NCBI GenBank assembly: GCA_044336805.1
Contig: JBIIOS010000003.1
Coordinates: 1-37,066, forward strand
Length of the DNA stretch: 37,066 nt
From: Candidatus Nanopelagicales bacterium
GTDB lineage: Bacteria; Actinomycetota; Actinomycetes; S36-B12
Reading direction: 5' to 3'
Below, in pieces: positions 17,904 to 26,800 of the stretch; the first letter of the stretch is position 1; every line of letters starts with the position of its first letter. The position numbers and the translations under genes were made by a program. Below the pieces are notes generated by a model. That model saw only the letters and a list, made by a program, of their open reading frames with translations, ran no database searches and was not told the origin of the DNA.

Positions 17904-20900
17904 ACTTTCTCTAGTCCAAAGTGTGCATCGATTTCACTTTCAGTCCCGCCGATGACAAATCCGGTGACGGGTTCAGCCACCTTTTTCAAGCTCAACGCAA
18001 GTACCTCATTGGAGATCTCGCCTCCGTGAATACTCAGGGTTTCAACAACGTCCGGGTTGTCTGAATTCCACGTAACATTTATGCGATCGCTGATTTCTAA
18101 GCCAGCATTTTTTCGTCCCTCTTGGAGCAATCGCACGATATCGCGTGCTATGCCGGCGAGGGCAAGTTCGTGGGTTATCTCTAAGTCAAGCGCAAAGCTT
18201 TCACCGGCATCGGCAGCAACAGCCCAACCTTCGACGGGTGTTTCCGTGATCACGAGGTCAGATAGTTCAATAGTTGAAGTTCCATCAACTCCGTCAATTT
18301 CGTAGTCAACTTTTCCGTTATCTCGCAATGCATTAACCAATTGGGTTGGATCCTGCCGTGATAAATGTTCTGCCACCAATGGAGTCTGTTTGCCAAATCG
18401 GGCACCAAGGGTTCGGAAGTTGGGCTTGAGTGAAATATTGACAAGATCACTGTCGGAGACGTCAAGGGTGAGTAACTCTCGAACGTTAAGTTCCTCAGCC
18501 ACTTCGGCGACTAGTTCAGCGGAGAGCTCACTCCAACCGGGCGCACTAATGAGTGCGCGGCCCAGTGGCTGCCGGGTTTTCACTGAACTGGTTGCGCGTG
18601 CTGAGCGTCCGAGTTCGGTAACCCGGCGAGCAAGTTCCATGTGGTCCTGTAATTGGGAATCAGGCTGTAACTCGCTAGGCCAATCTGCAAGGTGAACCGA
18701 TTTCGGCAGATTTGGCTGAGTTTCGCGGAAAAGATCCTGCCATACCCGTTCGGTGATAAATGGTGTGTAGGGAGCCATGCACAGGGTGACAATTTTAAGA
18801 GCCTCATGCAATGTTGCGAGAGCAGCTGGTTCTCCCTCCCAGAAACGTCGACGAGTTCTGCGTACGTACCAGTTGGAAAGATCATCGATAAATTCCGTTA
18901 TGAGGCGGCCGCCGAGTTGGGTATCAAAATTTTCAAGTGCACGGTCAACCTGCGAACTCAGTGAGTGGGCTTGCGTCAATAGCCAACGATCCATGATGGG
19001 TCGTTGGTCAACTGGCGGCGCTCCGTCGGCCGGTGACCATGGAGCGCTTCGCGCATATAGAGATAGGAAGGAAACCGTATTCCAGTAGGTGAGTAAATTC
19101 TTGCGCACAATGTCAGCAATCGCGGTGTGCCCAACACGGCGCGACTGCCACGGAGAACCGCTTGCGAGCATGAACCAGCGCACTGCATCGGCTCCGTGCT
19201 GGTCCATGAGGGGGATAGGCTCAAGAACGTTACCTAGGTGCTTGCTCATCTTGCGGCCATCTTCATCAAGAATATGGCCGAGACATACGACGTTTTTATA
19301 TGAAGATTCGTCAAATACCAATGTTCCGATTGCCATCAGGGTGTAAAACCAACCGCGGGTTTGGTCGATGGCCTCACAAACGAAATCAGCCGGATACTGA
19401 GCGGCGAAATTTTCTTTATTATGTTGCGGGTACCACTGGGCAGCAAATGGCATTGCTCCTGAGTCATACCAGCAGTCAATGACTTCGGGGACTCGAACCG
19501 CGGTCGTATCACAGTGCGGGCAAGGAATTGTTATGTCGTCGATGTAGGGGCGATGCGGGTCAAGGTCTGCGATTTCTTGCCCGGCAAGATCGCCCAATTC
19601 AGCGAGGGATTCAACAACGGTTAAATGTTCGTTCTCGCAGCGCCAAATGGGGAGGGGGGTGCCCCAGTATCGGTTGCGGGAAAGTGCCCAGTCGACATTG
19701 TTGGTGAGCCAATCGCCGTACCGGCCCCATTTAATCGTGTCGGGGTGCCAGTGAGTCTTCTCATTTTCGGCCATGAGTCGGTCTTTGATCATGGTCGTCT
19801 TTATGTACCACGAGGGTTGTGCGTAGTAAATAAGCGGAGTGTGGCATCTCCAGCAGTGCGGATACGAATGCTCATAAGATTCCTCGCGAAAGAGAAGTCC
19901 ACGCTCACGCAAGTTGACGGTGAGCGCTGCATCAGCTTTCTTAAAGAATTGGCCACCTACAAGAGGCGTCTCTGGCACGAAGGTTCCATCGGCTGCAATT
20001 GGGTTGACAACGGGTAATCCATAAGCGCGACAACTAATCAAGTCGTCAGCGCCAAAAGCTGGAGCCTGATGCACTAATCCGGTGCCGTCTCCGGTCGTGA
20101 CGTAGTCAGCAAGAATGACGAAGTGAGAGTCAGGAATATCGATTAAATCAAATGGTCGCTCATATGCCAAGTGTTCTAATTGTGAACCGGGAAAAGTTTC
20201 CTTGACTTGATAACGTACCGAGCCATCTTCATCAATTGGAGATCCGAATAAGTGCTCAACCAGATCCTGAGCAACGATGTAGTGCTGATCCGCGCTCGCG
20301 AGAACGCAATAGATTGCTGTTGGCTTGACCGCTACGGCCGTATTGGACACCAATGTCCACGGGGTCGTAGTCCACACGAGGAGGGATAGATCCGAGTATT
20401 TTTCGGCGAGCGCGCCCAGCTTCACCGGGAACCGAACATAAACTGATGGGTCGCTCACATCTTCATAGCCTTGGGCCAATTCGTGGTCGCTCAACCCGGT
20501 TCCGCAGCGCGGACAATATGGGGATACTCGGTGGTCTTGAACGAGAAGTCCAGCATTGAATATTTGTTTCAGTGACCACCACACACTTTGGATGTAATTT
20601 GAATCCATGGTCCAATAGGCACGGTCCATGTCAACCCAATATCCCATCCGGGTAGTGAGTTCGGTAAAGGCATCAACGTGACGAACGACTGATTCGCGGC
20701 ATTTCGCATTGAATTCGGCCACGCCGTAGTTTTCAATATCCTTTTTGCCGGAAAACCCAAGCTCCTTCTCGACTGCGAGTTCAACGGGAAGCCCGTGGCA
20801 GTCCCAACCAGCTTGGCGGACTACGTGATAGCCCTTCATCGTCCGGTAGCGAGGGAAAATGTCCTTAAAGGCTCGGGCCTCAATGTGGTGGGTGCCAGGA

Positions 20901-21058
20901 GCGCCATTTGCGGTAGGTGGCCCCTCGTAAAACGTCCAAGTGGGGCGTCCCTGGCTCTGGGCCATCGAGGCCGCGAAAGTACCCTCGGCTTGCCACAAGG
21001 CGAGTACTTCGTGTTCCAGATCACGAAGGTTCACCGTGGGTGGGACCACTTTGTACAT
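17900..21058 (-). CDS. ileS: Isoleucine--tRNA ligase, type 2 (IleRS2)
   Basis: EGPPTANG, GWDCHGLP, WTTTPWTL, GTGLVHQAP, DQTRGWFY, KMSKH, RQPL; type-2 C-terminus without zinc finger. ATG 21058 preferred (MYKVVP); ATG 21094 possible. Confidence 0.96.
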   Translation of the reverse strand: MYKVVPPTVNLRDLEHEVLALWQAEGTFAASMAQSQGRPTWTFYEGPPTANGAPGTHHIEARAFKDIFPRYRTMKGYHVVRQAGWDCHGLPVELAVEKELGFSGKKDIENYGVAEFNAKCRESVVRHVDAFTELTTRMGYWVDMDRAYWTMDSNYIQSVWWSLKQIFNAGLLVQDHRVSPYCPRCGTGLSDHELAQGYEDVSDPSVYVRFPVKLGALAEKYSDLSLLVWTTTPWTLVSNTAVAVKPTAIYCVLASADQHYIVAQDLVEHLFGSPIDEDGSVRYQVKETFPGSQLEHLAYERPFDLIDIPDSHFVILADYVTTGDGTGLVHQAPAFGADDLISCRAYGLPVVNPIAADGTFVPETPLVGGQFFKKADAALTVNLRERGLLFREESYEHSYPHCWRCHTPLIYYAQPSWYIKTTMIKDRLMAENEKTHWHPDTIKWGRYGDWLTNNVDWALSRNRYWGTPLPIWRCENEHLTVVESLAELGDLAGQEIADLDPHRPYIDDITIPCPHCDTTAVRVPEVIDCWYDSGAMPFAAQWYPQHNKENFAAQYPADFVCEAIDQTRGWFYTLMAIGTLVFDESSYKNVVCLGHILDEDGRKMSKHLGNVLEPIPLMDQHGADAVRWFMLASGSPWQSRRVGHTAIADIVRKNLLTYWNTVSFLSLYARSAPWSPADGAPPVDQRPIMDRWLLTQAHSLSSQVDRALENFDTQLGGRLITEFIDDLSNWYVRRTRRRFWEGEPAALATLHEALKIVTLCMAPYTPFITERVWQDLFRETQPNLPKSVHLADWPSELQPDSQLQDHMELARRVTELGRSARATSSVKTRQPLGRALISAPGWSELSAELVAEVAEELNVRELLTLDVSDSDLVNISLKPNFRTLGARFGKQTPLVAEHLSRQDPTQLVNALRDNGKVDYEIDGVDGTSTIELSDLVITETPVEGWAVAADAGESFALDLEITHELALAGIARDIVRLLQEGRKNAGLEISDRINVTWNSDNPDVVETLSIHGGEISNEVLALSLKKVAEPVTGFVIGGTESEIDAHFGLEKV

Positions 21059-21112
21059 ACTGGTGTGCTCTTCTCTGAAAAAGTCGAATTTCATAAATGT
21101 TCGTCAAGGTGC

Positions 21113-21143
21113 TTGTCTAAGTCCGGGGCAGTGGGTAACTTTA
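21113..21143 (+). promoter_or_regulatory. Promoter for the dksA-like gene, with an overlapping reverse -10 possibly for ileS
   Basis: TTGTCT(21113-21118)-17 nt-TAACTT(21136-21141); minus strand TAAAGT at 21143-21138. Confidence 0.55.
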
Positions 21144-21246
21144 GCGCTCGGGCAATACCATACGCACGTGCGTCGCCCGGCGCACTTTCACATATGCACA
21201 TGAGGGCAACCACGGAAGTCTAGTGATTTATAAGGGGGCGGCGATT

Positions 21247-22122
21247 TTGGGCGCGAAAAAAGTACAGTCAAAAAAGGTCGCCGCAAAAAGGGCTCCCTCG
21301 GCCAAGGCTCCTGCAAAAAAGGCTCCCGCTAAAAAAGGTGCCGCGAAAAAGTCCGTGGCCAAGAAGGCACCTGCTAAAAAGGCACCTGCGAAAAAGTCCG
21401 TGGCCAAGAAGGCACCTGCTAAAAAGGCTGCGACGGTCAAGCCCCTAAAGAAGGTCGTTTCTATTCCACCCGCAAAGAAATCTTCACCCGCAAAGAAATC
21501 TTCACCCGTAAAGAAAATAGCGTCGATCGATCTTGAACAAAAGGGATCCGCAAAGAAAGCGACCGCAAAAAAGGAGACCACGTCCGAAGTAGAAGTGGTA
21601 GTTGTAGAGCCCGAGCCGGTGGTGAAAACTGTTTTTGAGAAGTTGGTCCCGGTGACTACTCCACCCGCGAAGGGTAAGAAAGCTGCAGGGATAGTCAAGG
21701 TGATTTCACCGCGACCCTCAACAAAAACTCCAAAGATCGTTGTGCGCGAGGACGAAAGCCCATGGACCAAAGTTGAGCTAAACAGGGTTCGCAAGGCCCT
21801 CGATGAAGACGAAACTCGCTTATTGGAAGAGATCGCCATGACCGAGCAAGGACTCGCGGACCTCATCCGCGATTCCGGTGACGGGGCAGGCGATGACCAA
21901 GCGGATGCGGGAAGTAAGACCTTCGAGCGTGAGCACGAAATGTCACTAGCAAATAACGCTCGGGACATGCTCGATCAGGTTCGACAGGCGCTGGCTCGCA
22001 TCGATGATCGCACGTACGGTGTCTGTATCACTTGTGGGAAGGGAATTGGCAAGTTGCGTCTGCAGGCTTTCCCCCGGGCAACTTTGTGCATGCCATGCAA
22101 GGTTGCTGAGGAACGCATTTAA
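21247..22122 (+). CDS. TraR/DksA family regulator with N-terminal histone-H1-like (PAKK) region (DdbA-like)
   Basis: KKAPAKK repeats, coiled coil with acidic tip GDDQADAG, C4 zinc finger CITC...CMPC; TTG 21247 follows SD AAGGGGG (ORF track starts at 21223). Confidence 0.9.
   Translation: MGAKKVQSKKVAAKRAPSAKAPAKKAPAKKGAAKKSVAKKAPAKKAPAKKSVAKKAPAKKAATVKPLKKVVSIPPAKKSSPAKKSSPVKKIASIDLEQKGSAKKATAKKETTSEVEVVVVEPEPVVKTVFEKLVPVTTPPAKGKKAAGIVKVISPRPSTKTPKIVVREDESPWTKVELNRVRKALDEDETRLLEEIAMTEQGLADLIRDSGDGAGDDQADAGSKTFEREHEMSLANNARDMLDQVRQALARIDDRTYGVCITCGKGIGKLRLQAFPRATLCMPCKVAEERI
21343..21428 (+). repeat. 45-bp-period coding duplication in the histone-like region
   Basis: 41 identical nt GCGAAAAAGTCCGTGGCCAAGAAGGCACCTGCTAAAAAGGC at 21343 and 21388. 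Confidence 0.9.
21467..21516 (+). repeat. 18-bp coding tandem repeat (PAKKSS)
   Basis: CACCCGCAAAGAAATCTT x2 plus a partial third copy. Confidence 0.9.
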
Positions 22123-22180
22123 TCAGGTCGGTTAAACAGGTCGGTGCCAGAGCACGAGCGAGTACTGGGTTGTCCTCGCG

Positions 22181-22186
22181 TAGACT
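22181..22186 (+). promoter_or_regulatory. -10 element for leaderless lspA
   Basis: TAGACT 6 nt before ATG 22193; no SD. Confidence 0.6.
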
Positions 22187-22192
22187 GACTTC

Positions 22193-22762
22193 ATGTCCGA
22201 ACCTAGTGCTGTCGCGAATGGTGTTCAACGGCACAGCAATCGGCGTGACCTAACTGTTTTTGGTGTAACCGCGTTCCTCATCATTGGTATTGACCAATTG
22301 ACCAAGTTCCTGGCTCAGGAGTATTTACTCCCGCGCAGGACTTCGGGCGAAGGACCCATTGAGTTCTTGGGTGGCTTTGTGAAATTCACTTATGCTGAAA
22401 ACACAGGCGCCGCTTTCTCGATTGGTTCCGGAGTCACGTGGCTCTTCACGTTGGTCGCGTTTGTCGTAGTCTTTGTCATCTTTCGATACGCTCGCAGGCT
22501 CGCAAGTCTACCTTGGGCGCTGGCTCTTGGCGGACTACTCGGTGGCTCATTAGGTAACTTGATTGACCGAATGTTTCGGGCGCCAGGACCATTCCAAGGT
22601 TTCGTGGTTGACTTCATCCAGTTGCCATACTGGGCAATATTCAACATTGCTGACATGTCAATTGTGATTTCTGGAATAGGAATTGCGATCCTGCTGCTTC
22701 GTGGAATACCCATTGATGGAAAGCCTGTGGTCCTAAGCGCGCCCGACAGGGTGGACTCGTGA
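22193..22762 (+). CDS. lspA: Lipoprotein signal peptidase II
   Basis: DQLTK, NTGAAFS, GNLIDR, VVDFI, FNIAD. Confidence 0.96.
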   Translation: MSEPSAVANGVQRHSNRRDLTVFGVTAFLIIGIDQLTKFLAQEYLLPRRTSGEGPIEFLGGFVKFTYAENTGAAFSIGSGVTWLFTLVAFVVVFVIFRYARRLASLPWALALGGLLGGSLGNLIDRMFRAPGPFQGFVVDFIQLPYWAIFNIADMSIVISGIGIAILLLRGIPIDGKPVVLSAPDRVDS

Positions 22763-23685
22763 TCCGTGAGTTCACTATTCCCGAGGGATTAGCAGGGGAG
22801 CGAATTGATATTGCGCTCACTAGACTCCTTGGCCTCAGCCGTTCCGCTTCCGTCGCGCTCATTGAGGCAGGAGCCATCCGGTTATCTGATCGGCCGTTAG
22901 CGAAAAGTGATCGTGTCGTTGAAGGCCAACGCATTGATGTCGATTTGGATGCGGCACCCACAAAAGAGACAATTGAAATTATTGCTGAACCGGTACCAGG
23001 AATGACGATTGTCTATGACGACTCAGACCTAGTCGTTGTTGATAAGCCCGCCGGAGTTGCGGCGCACCCCAGCCGTGGCTGGCCAGGACCAACGGTCATT
23101 GGGGGATTGGCCGCCGCCGGGTACACCATCAGTACCTCCGGAGCCCCTGAGCGCGAAGGAATCGTGCATCGACTGGATGCAGGAACGTCGGGCCTTATGG
23201 CCGTTGCGAAAAATGAAGTTTCCTACTCCCGGATGAAGAACCTGTTTCGAAACAGGGAAGTACATAAGGTCTATCACGCTGTTGTTCAAGGCCTACTCGA
23301 TCCACTCGTGGGAACCGTTGATGCGGCTATTGGACGCCATCCGGGGCATGAGTACAAATACGCGGTCACAAAGGATGGGAAGCCGAGTATTACCCACTTT
23401 GAGACCCTGGAAGCTTTCCGTCACGCTTCATTGGTGCAAGTACTCCTGGAAACGGGCAGGACCCACCAAATTCGGGTCCACATGTCCGCGATGCGTCACC
23501 CAATCGCCGGTGACACCATGTACGGTGGAGATCCGGTTTTAGCGGCTCGACTAGGGCTGGATCGTCAGTGGTTACACGCGGTCGAACTCAGCTTTGACCA
23601 CCCGCGAACTGGGGAACGAGTTGAATTGAAAAGTGAATACAGCGAAGATCTCACCCGCGCACTTGGAATTTTGCGCGACGCTTGA
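22759..23685 (+). CDS. rluD: RluA-family pseudouridine synthase with S4 domain (RluD-like)
   Basis: N-terminal S4 domain, VDKPAG, VHRLDAGTSG, GRTHQIRVH, GD..YG, LHA. Confidence 0.9.
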   Translation: MIREFTIPEGLAGERIDIALTRLLGLSRSASVALIEAGAIRLSDRPLAKSDRVVEGQRIDVDLDAAPTKETIEIIAEPVPGMTIVYDDSDLVVVDKPAGVAAHPSRGWPGPTVIGGLAAAGYTISTSGAPEREGIVHRLDAGTSGLMAVAKNEVSYSRMKNLFRNREVHKVYHAVVQGLLDPLVGTVDAAIGRHPGHEYKYAVTKDGKPSITHFETLEAFRHASLVQVLLETGRTHQIRVHMSAMRHPIAGDTMYGGDPVLAARLGLDRQWLHAVELSFDHPRTGERVELKSEYSEDLTRALGILRDA

Positions 23686-23771
23686 TTACTGAGTTTGGCA
23701 CCTTCCCCTTGTGCCAGTTGATGTGTGGAGTGGCTCCAGTGAAGTGATTGACGCAAAGATTTGTTCAGTAA
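23686..23771 (+). ncRNA. Putative structured dnaE leader resembling the mraW motif
   Basis: Hairpin TGGCAC(23696-23701)/GTGCCA(23711-23716) with loop CTTCCCCTT; second hairpin TGGAG/CTCCA (23726-23738); outer stem TTACTGA(23686-23692)/TCAGTAA(23765-23771). Confidence 0.45.
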
Positions 23772-23778
23772 ACGTGTT

Positions 23779-23814
23779 GTGATTTTGATAAGGGTGATTT
23801 TGATAAGGGTGATT
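23779..23814 (+). repeat. 15-bp tandem repeat (2.4 copies) duplicating the dnaE RBS
   Basis: GTGATTTTGATAAGG x2 + GTGATT, ending 2 nt before GTG 23817. Confidence 0.95.
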
Positions 23815-23816
23815 GC

Positions 23817-26800
23817 GTGAGTGAGTCCGTGGGCAAGGGCGATTTCGTTCACCTTCATGTGCACACCGAGTACTCGATGCTGGATGGTGCCTCGAAGCTT
23901 GATGACCTTTTTCTAGCGGCAAAAGAGCAAGGCATGCCGGCAATCGCTATGACAGATCACGGCAACCTTTATGGCGCCTACGATTTCTGGAAGATGGGTA
24001 AAGCGTACGGGGTAAAGCCGGTCATCGGACTTGAAGGCTATTACGCACCTCAGGGCCGATTTGAGCGCACTCCATTTGATTTTGGTGGTGGCTTCGATGA
24101 AGGAGCCCCGGAAGATCCCGGGGCGGGTCGAGGCAAACACAGTTACACGCACATGACCCTCTGGGCCGAAAACACCGTTGGCATGCACAATCTTTTTCGA
24201 CTCTCATCCCTGGCCAGCATTGAAGGCTATTACCACAAGCCACGATTTGACCGTGAGCTTTTAGACCGTTACGGCAAGGGTCTCATTGGTACGACAGGGT
24301 GTGCGAGTGGTGAAGTGAATCGTTGGCTCCAAGCGGGACAGTACAAAAAAGCTTTAGCCACTGCAGCCGATTACCGGGATATTTTTGGTGTGGGAAACTT
24401 CTTTGCCGAGATTATGGACCACGGTCTTGCTATTGAACGAAATTTTATGCCTGATTTGATCAAGATTTCGAAAGCCCTCGATTTGCCACTAATTGCAACC
24501 AATGACATGCACTACGTTCATGAAAGTGACGCTGACACACACGATGTCTTATTGTGCATTGGAACTCGAACCACACTTGATGACCCGAAAAGATTCAAAT
24601 TTGATGCCCGTGATTTTTACTTGAAGTCTGCAGCCCAAATGCGAGATTTATGGAGTGACTTCCCCGAGGCTTGTGACAACACTTTGCTGATCGCGGAGCG
24701 GTGCGACGTTGAGTTCAGCGAAGGTGCAAATCTCATGCCCCGCGCTGACATCCCTCCTGGAGAAAGTGAAGATTCCTGGCTGGTTAAGGAAGTGGAGATT
24801 GGTTTGGCGCGCAGGTACCCGGCCGGCGTCCCTGACAGAGTGCGAACGCAGGCTGAGTACGAATTGAGAGTCATCTCCCAGATGGGTTTCCCGGGTTATT
24901 TCCTAGTCGTGGCTGATCTGGTGCAACATGCCAAAAATAATGGAATTCGAGTCGGACCTGGTCGTGGATCTGCCGCCGGTGCCATGGTTGCGTACGCATT
25001 GGGAATTACTGACCTGGATCCCATAGAGCACGGTTTACTGTTTGAGAGATTCTTGAATCCAGAGCGAATCTCGATGCCCGATATCGACATCGACTTTGAT
25101 GAGCGGCGACGTTCGGACATGATTCGTTACGCCACGGAGAAGTATGGGGAAGAGCGCGTCGCCCAGATTGTCACCTACGGTTCAATCAAAGCAAAAGCCG
25201 CAATCAAGGACAGTGCGCGTGTCCTGGGCTTGCCCTACTCTGTGGGTGACCGAATCACGAAAGCTATGCCACCGTCCGTAATGGGCAAGGACATTACTCT
25301 TAAAGGCGCATTTGATCCGAGTGATTCTCGGTATTCGGAAGCTGCAGAGTTTCGGGCACTTTACGCAAGTGATCCCGAGGTACAGACTGTCATTGACACG
25401 GCTAAGGGCCTTGAAGGACTGAAGCGCCAACCGGGTGTACACGCCGCAGGAGTGATTCTGTGTAGTGAGCCGCTCATGGACGTGATTCCGGTCTGGAAAC
25501 GTGAACAAGATGGCGCAATCATCACTCAGTTCGACATGGGTGCGTGTGAGTCCCTTGGTTTGCTAAAAATGGACTTCTTGGGATTGCGTAACCTCAGCGT
25601 CCTTGATGACTGCTTGGAAAATATCAAGCGCAACACGGGTGATGAAGTTGTTTTGGAAACCTTGGCGCTCGACGACAAGATGGCCTACGAGCTTCTCTCG
25701 CGGGGTGACACGCTAGGGGTTTTCCAACTCGATGGTGGCCCGATGCGTTCGTTATTGCGTTCCATGGCTCCGGACAACTTCGAAGATATTTCAGCGGTGC
25801 TTGCGCTCTACAGGCCTGGACCCATGGGCGCAAATGCGCACAATGACTATGCAGATAGAAAAAATGGACGCAAGCCGGTCGTCCCGATTCACCCTGAACT
25901 TGAAGGGCCACTCAGTGAGATTCTCGGCGATACCTACGGACTGATCGTCTATCAAGAGCAGGTCATGGCGATTGCCCAACAGCTGGCTGGGTATTCACTT
26001 GGCAAAGCAGATCTACTTCGCCGAGCAATGAGTAAAAAGAAAAAGGAAATCCTTGAACAAGAATTTGTCCCATTTAGTGAGGGCATGAGTGAACGCGGAT
26101 TCTCTGATCCTGCGATAAACAAGTTATGGGAAGTCCTGGTTCCCTTCTCGGATTACGCATTCAATAAGGCTCATACGGCCGGATACGGACTCGTTTCTTA
26201 TTGGACCGCGTATTTGAAGGCCAATTACCCGGCCGAGTACATGGCGGCACTGCTCACTTCAATGGCCGACGACAAGGAACGTTCAGCAATATATCTCAAC
26301 GAATGTCGTCGCATGGGAATCAAAGTTTTGCCACCTGATGTCAATGATTCAGATGCAAATTACACCCCTCGTGGAACTGATATTCGTTTTGGATTGACGG
26401 CCATTCGCAACGTGGGAACTAACGTTGTGGATTCGGTAATCGCCACTCGAAACAAAGTTGGTCGCTTTTCAGATTTTCACGACTTCATCGCCAAAGTAGA
26501 TATCGCTGTCTGCAATAGGCGAGTTGTCGAGTCATTGGTCAAAGCAGGTGCTTTCGACAGTTTGGGCCACACGCGCAAGGGGTTAATCGCAGTGCACGAG
26601 CAGATAATTGATGCTGCCGTTGACATCAAGCGGTCTGAGGCGGTTGGGCAGTTTGACTTATTTGGCGGGCTCGAAGAAGATTCTGATGTTTCACTGATCG
26701 AACGACCCGTCATCGGAATCACCGAGTGGGAAAAGTCGCTTCTTCTTGCACACGAGCGCGACATGCTGGGCCTGTACGTCTCAGACCATCCACTTTTCGG

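Noticed and set aside
21083-21105. CGAA...TTCG dyad upstream of ileS as a LexA box
   Set aside because: Spacing and sequence do not fit CGAAC-N4-GTTCG.
21228-21968. 246-aa antisense ORF with FLAGA-type repeats
   Set aside because: Mirror of the PAKK-repeat codons of the dksA-like gene.
23721-23747. 8-codon ORF MCGVAPVK in the dnaE leader
   Set aside because: No SD or -10 at a suitable distance and no informative codon bias; expected by chance.
23779-23814. Short repeats here and at 2406-2446 as CRISPR or iteron arrays
   Set aside because: Two contiguous copies without spacers; no cas or rep genes.
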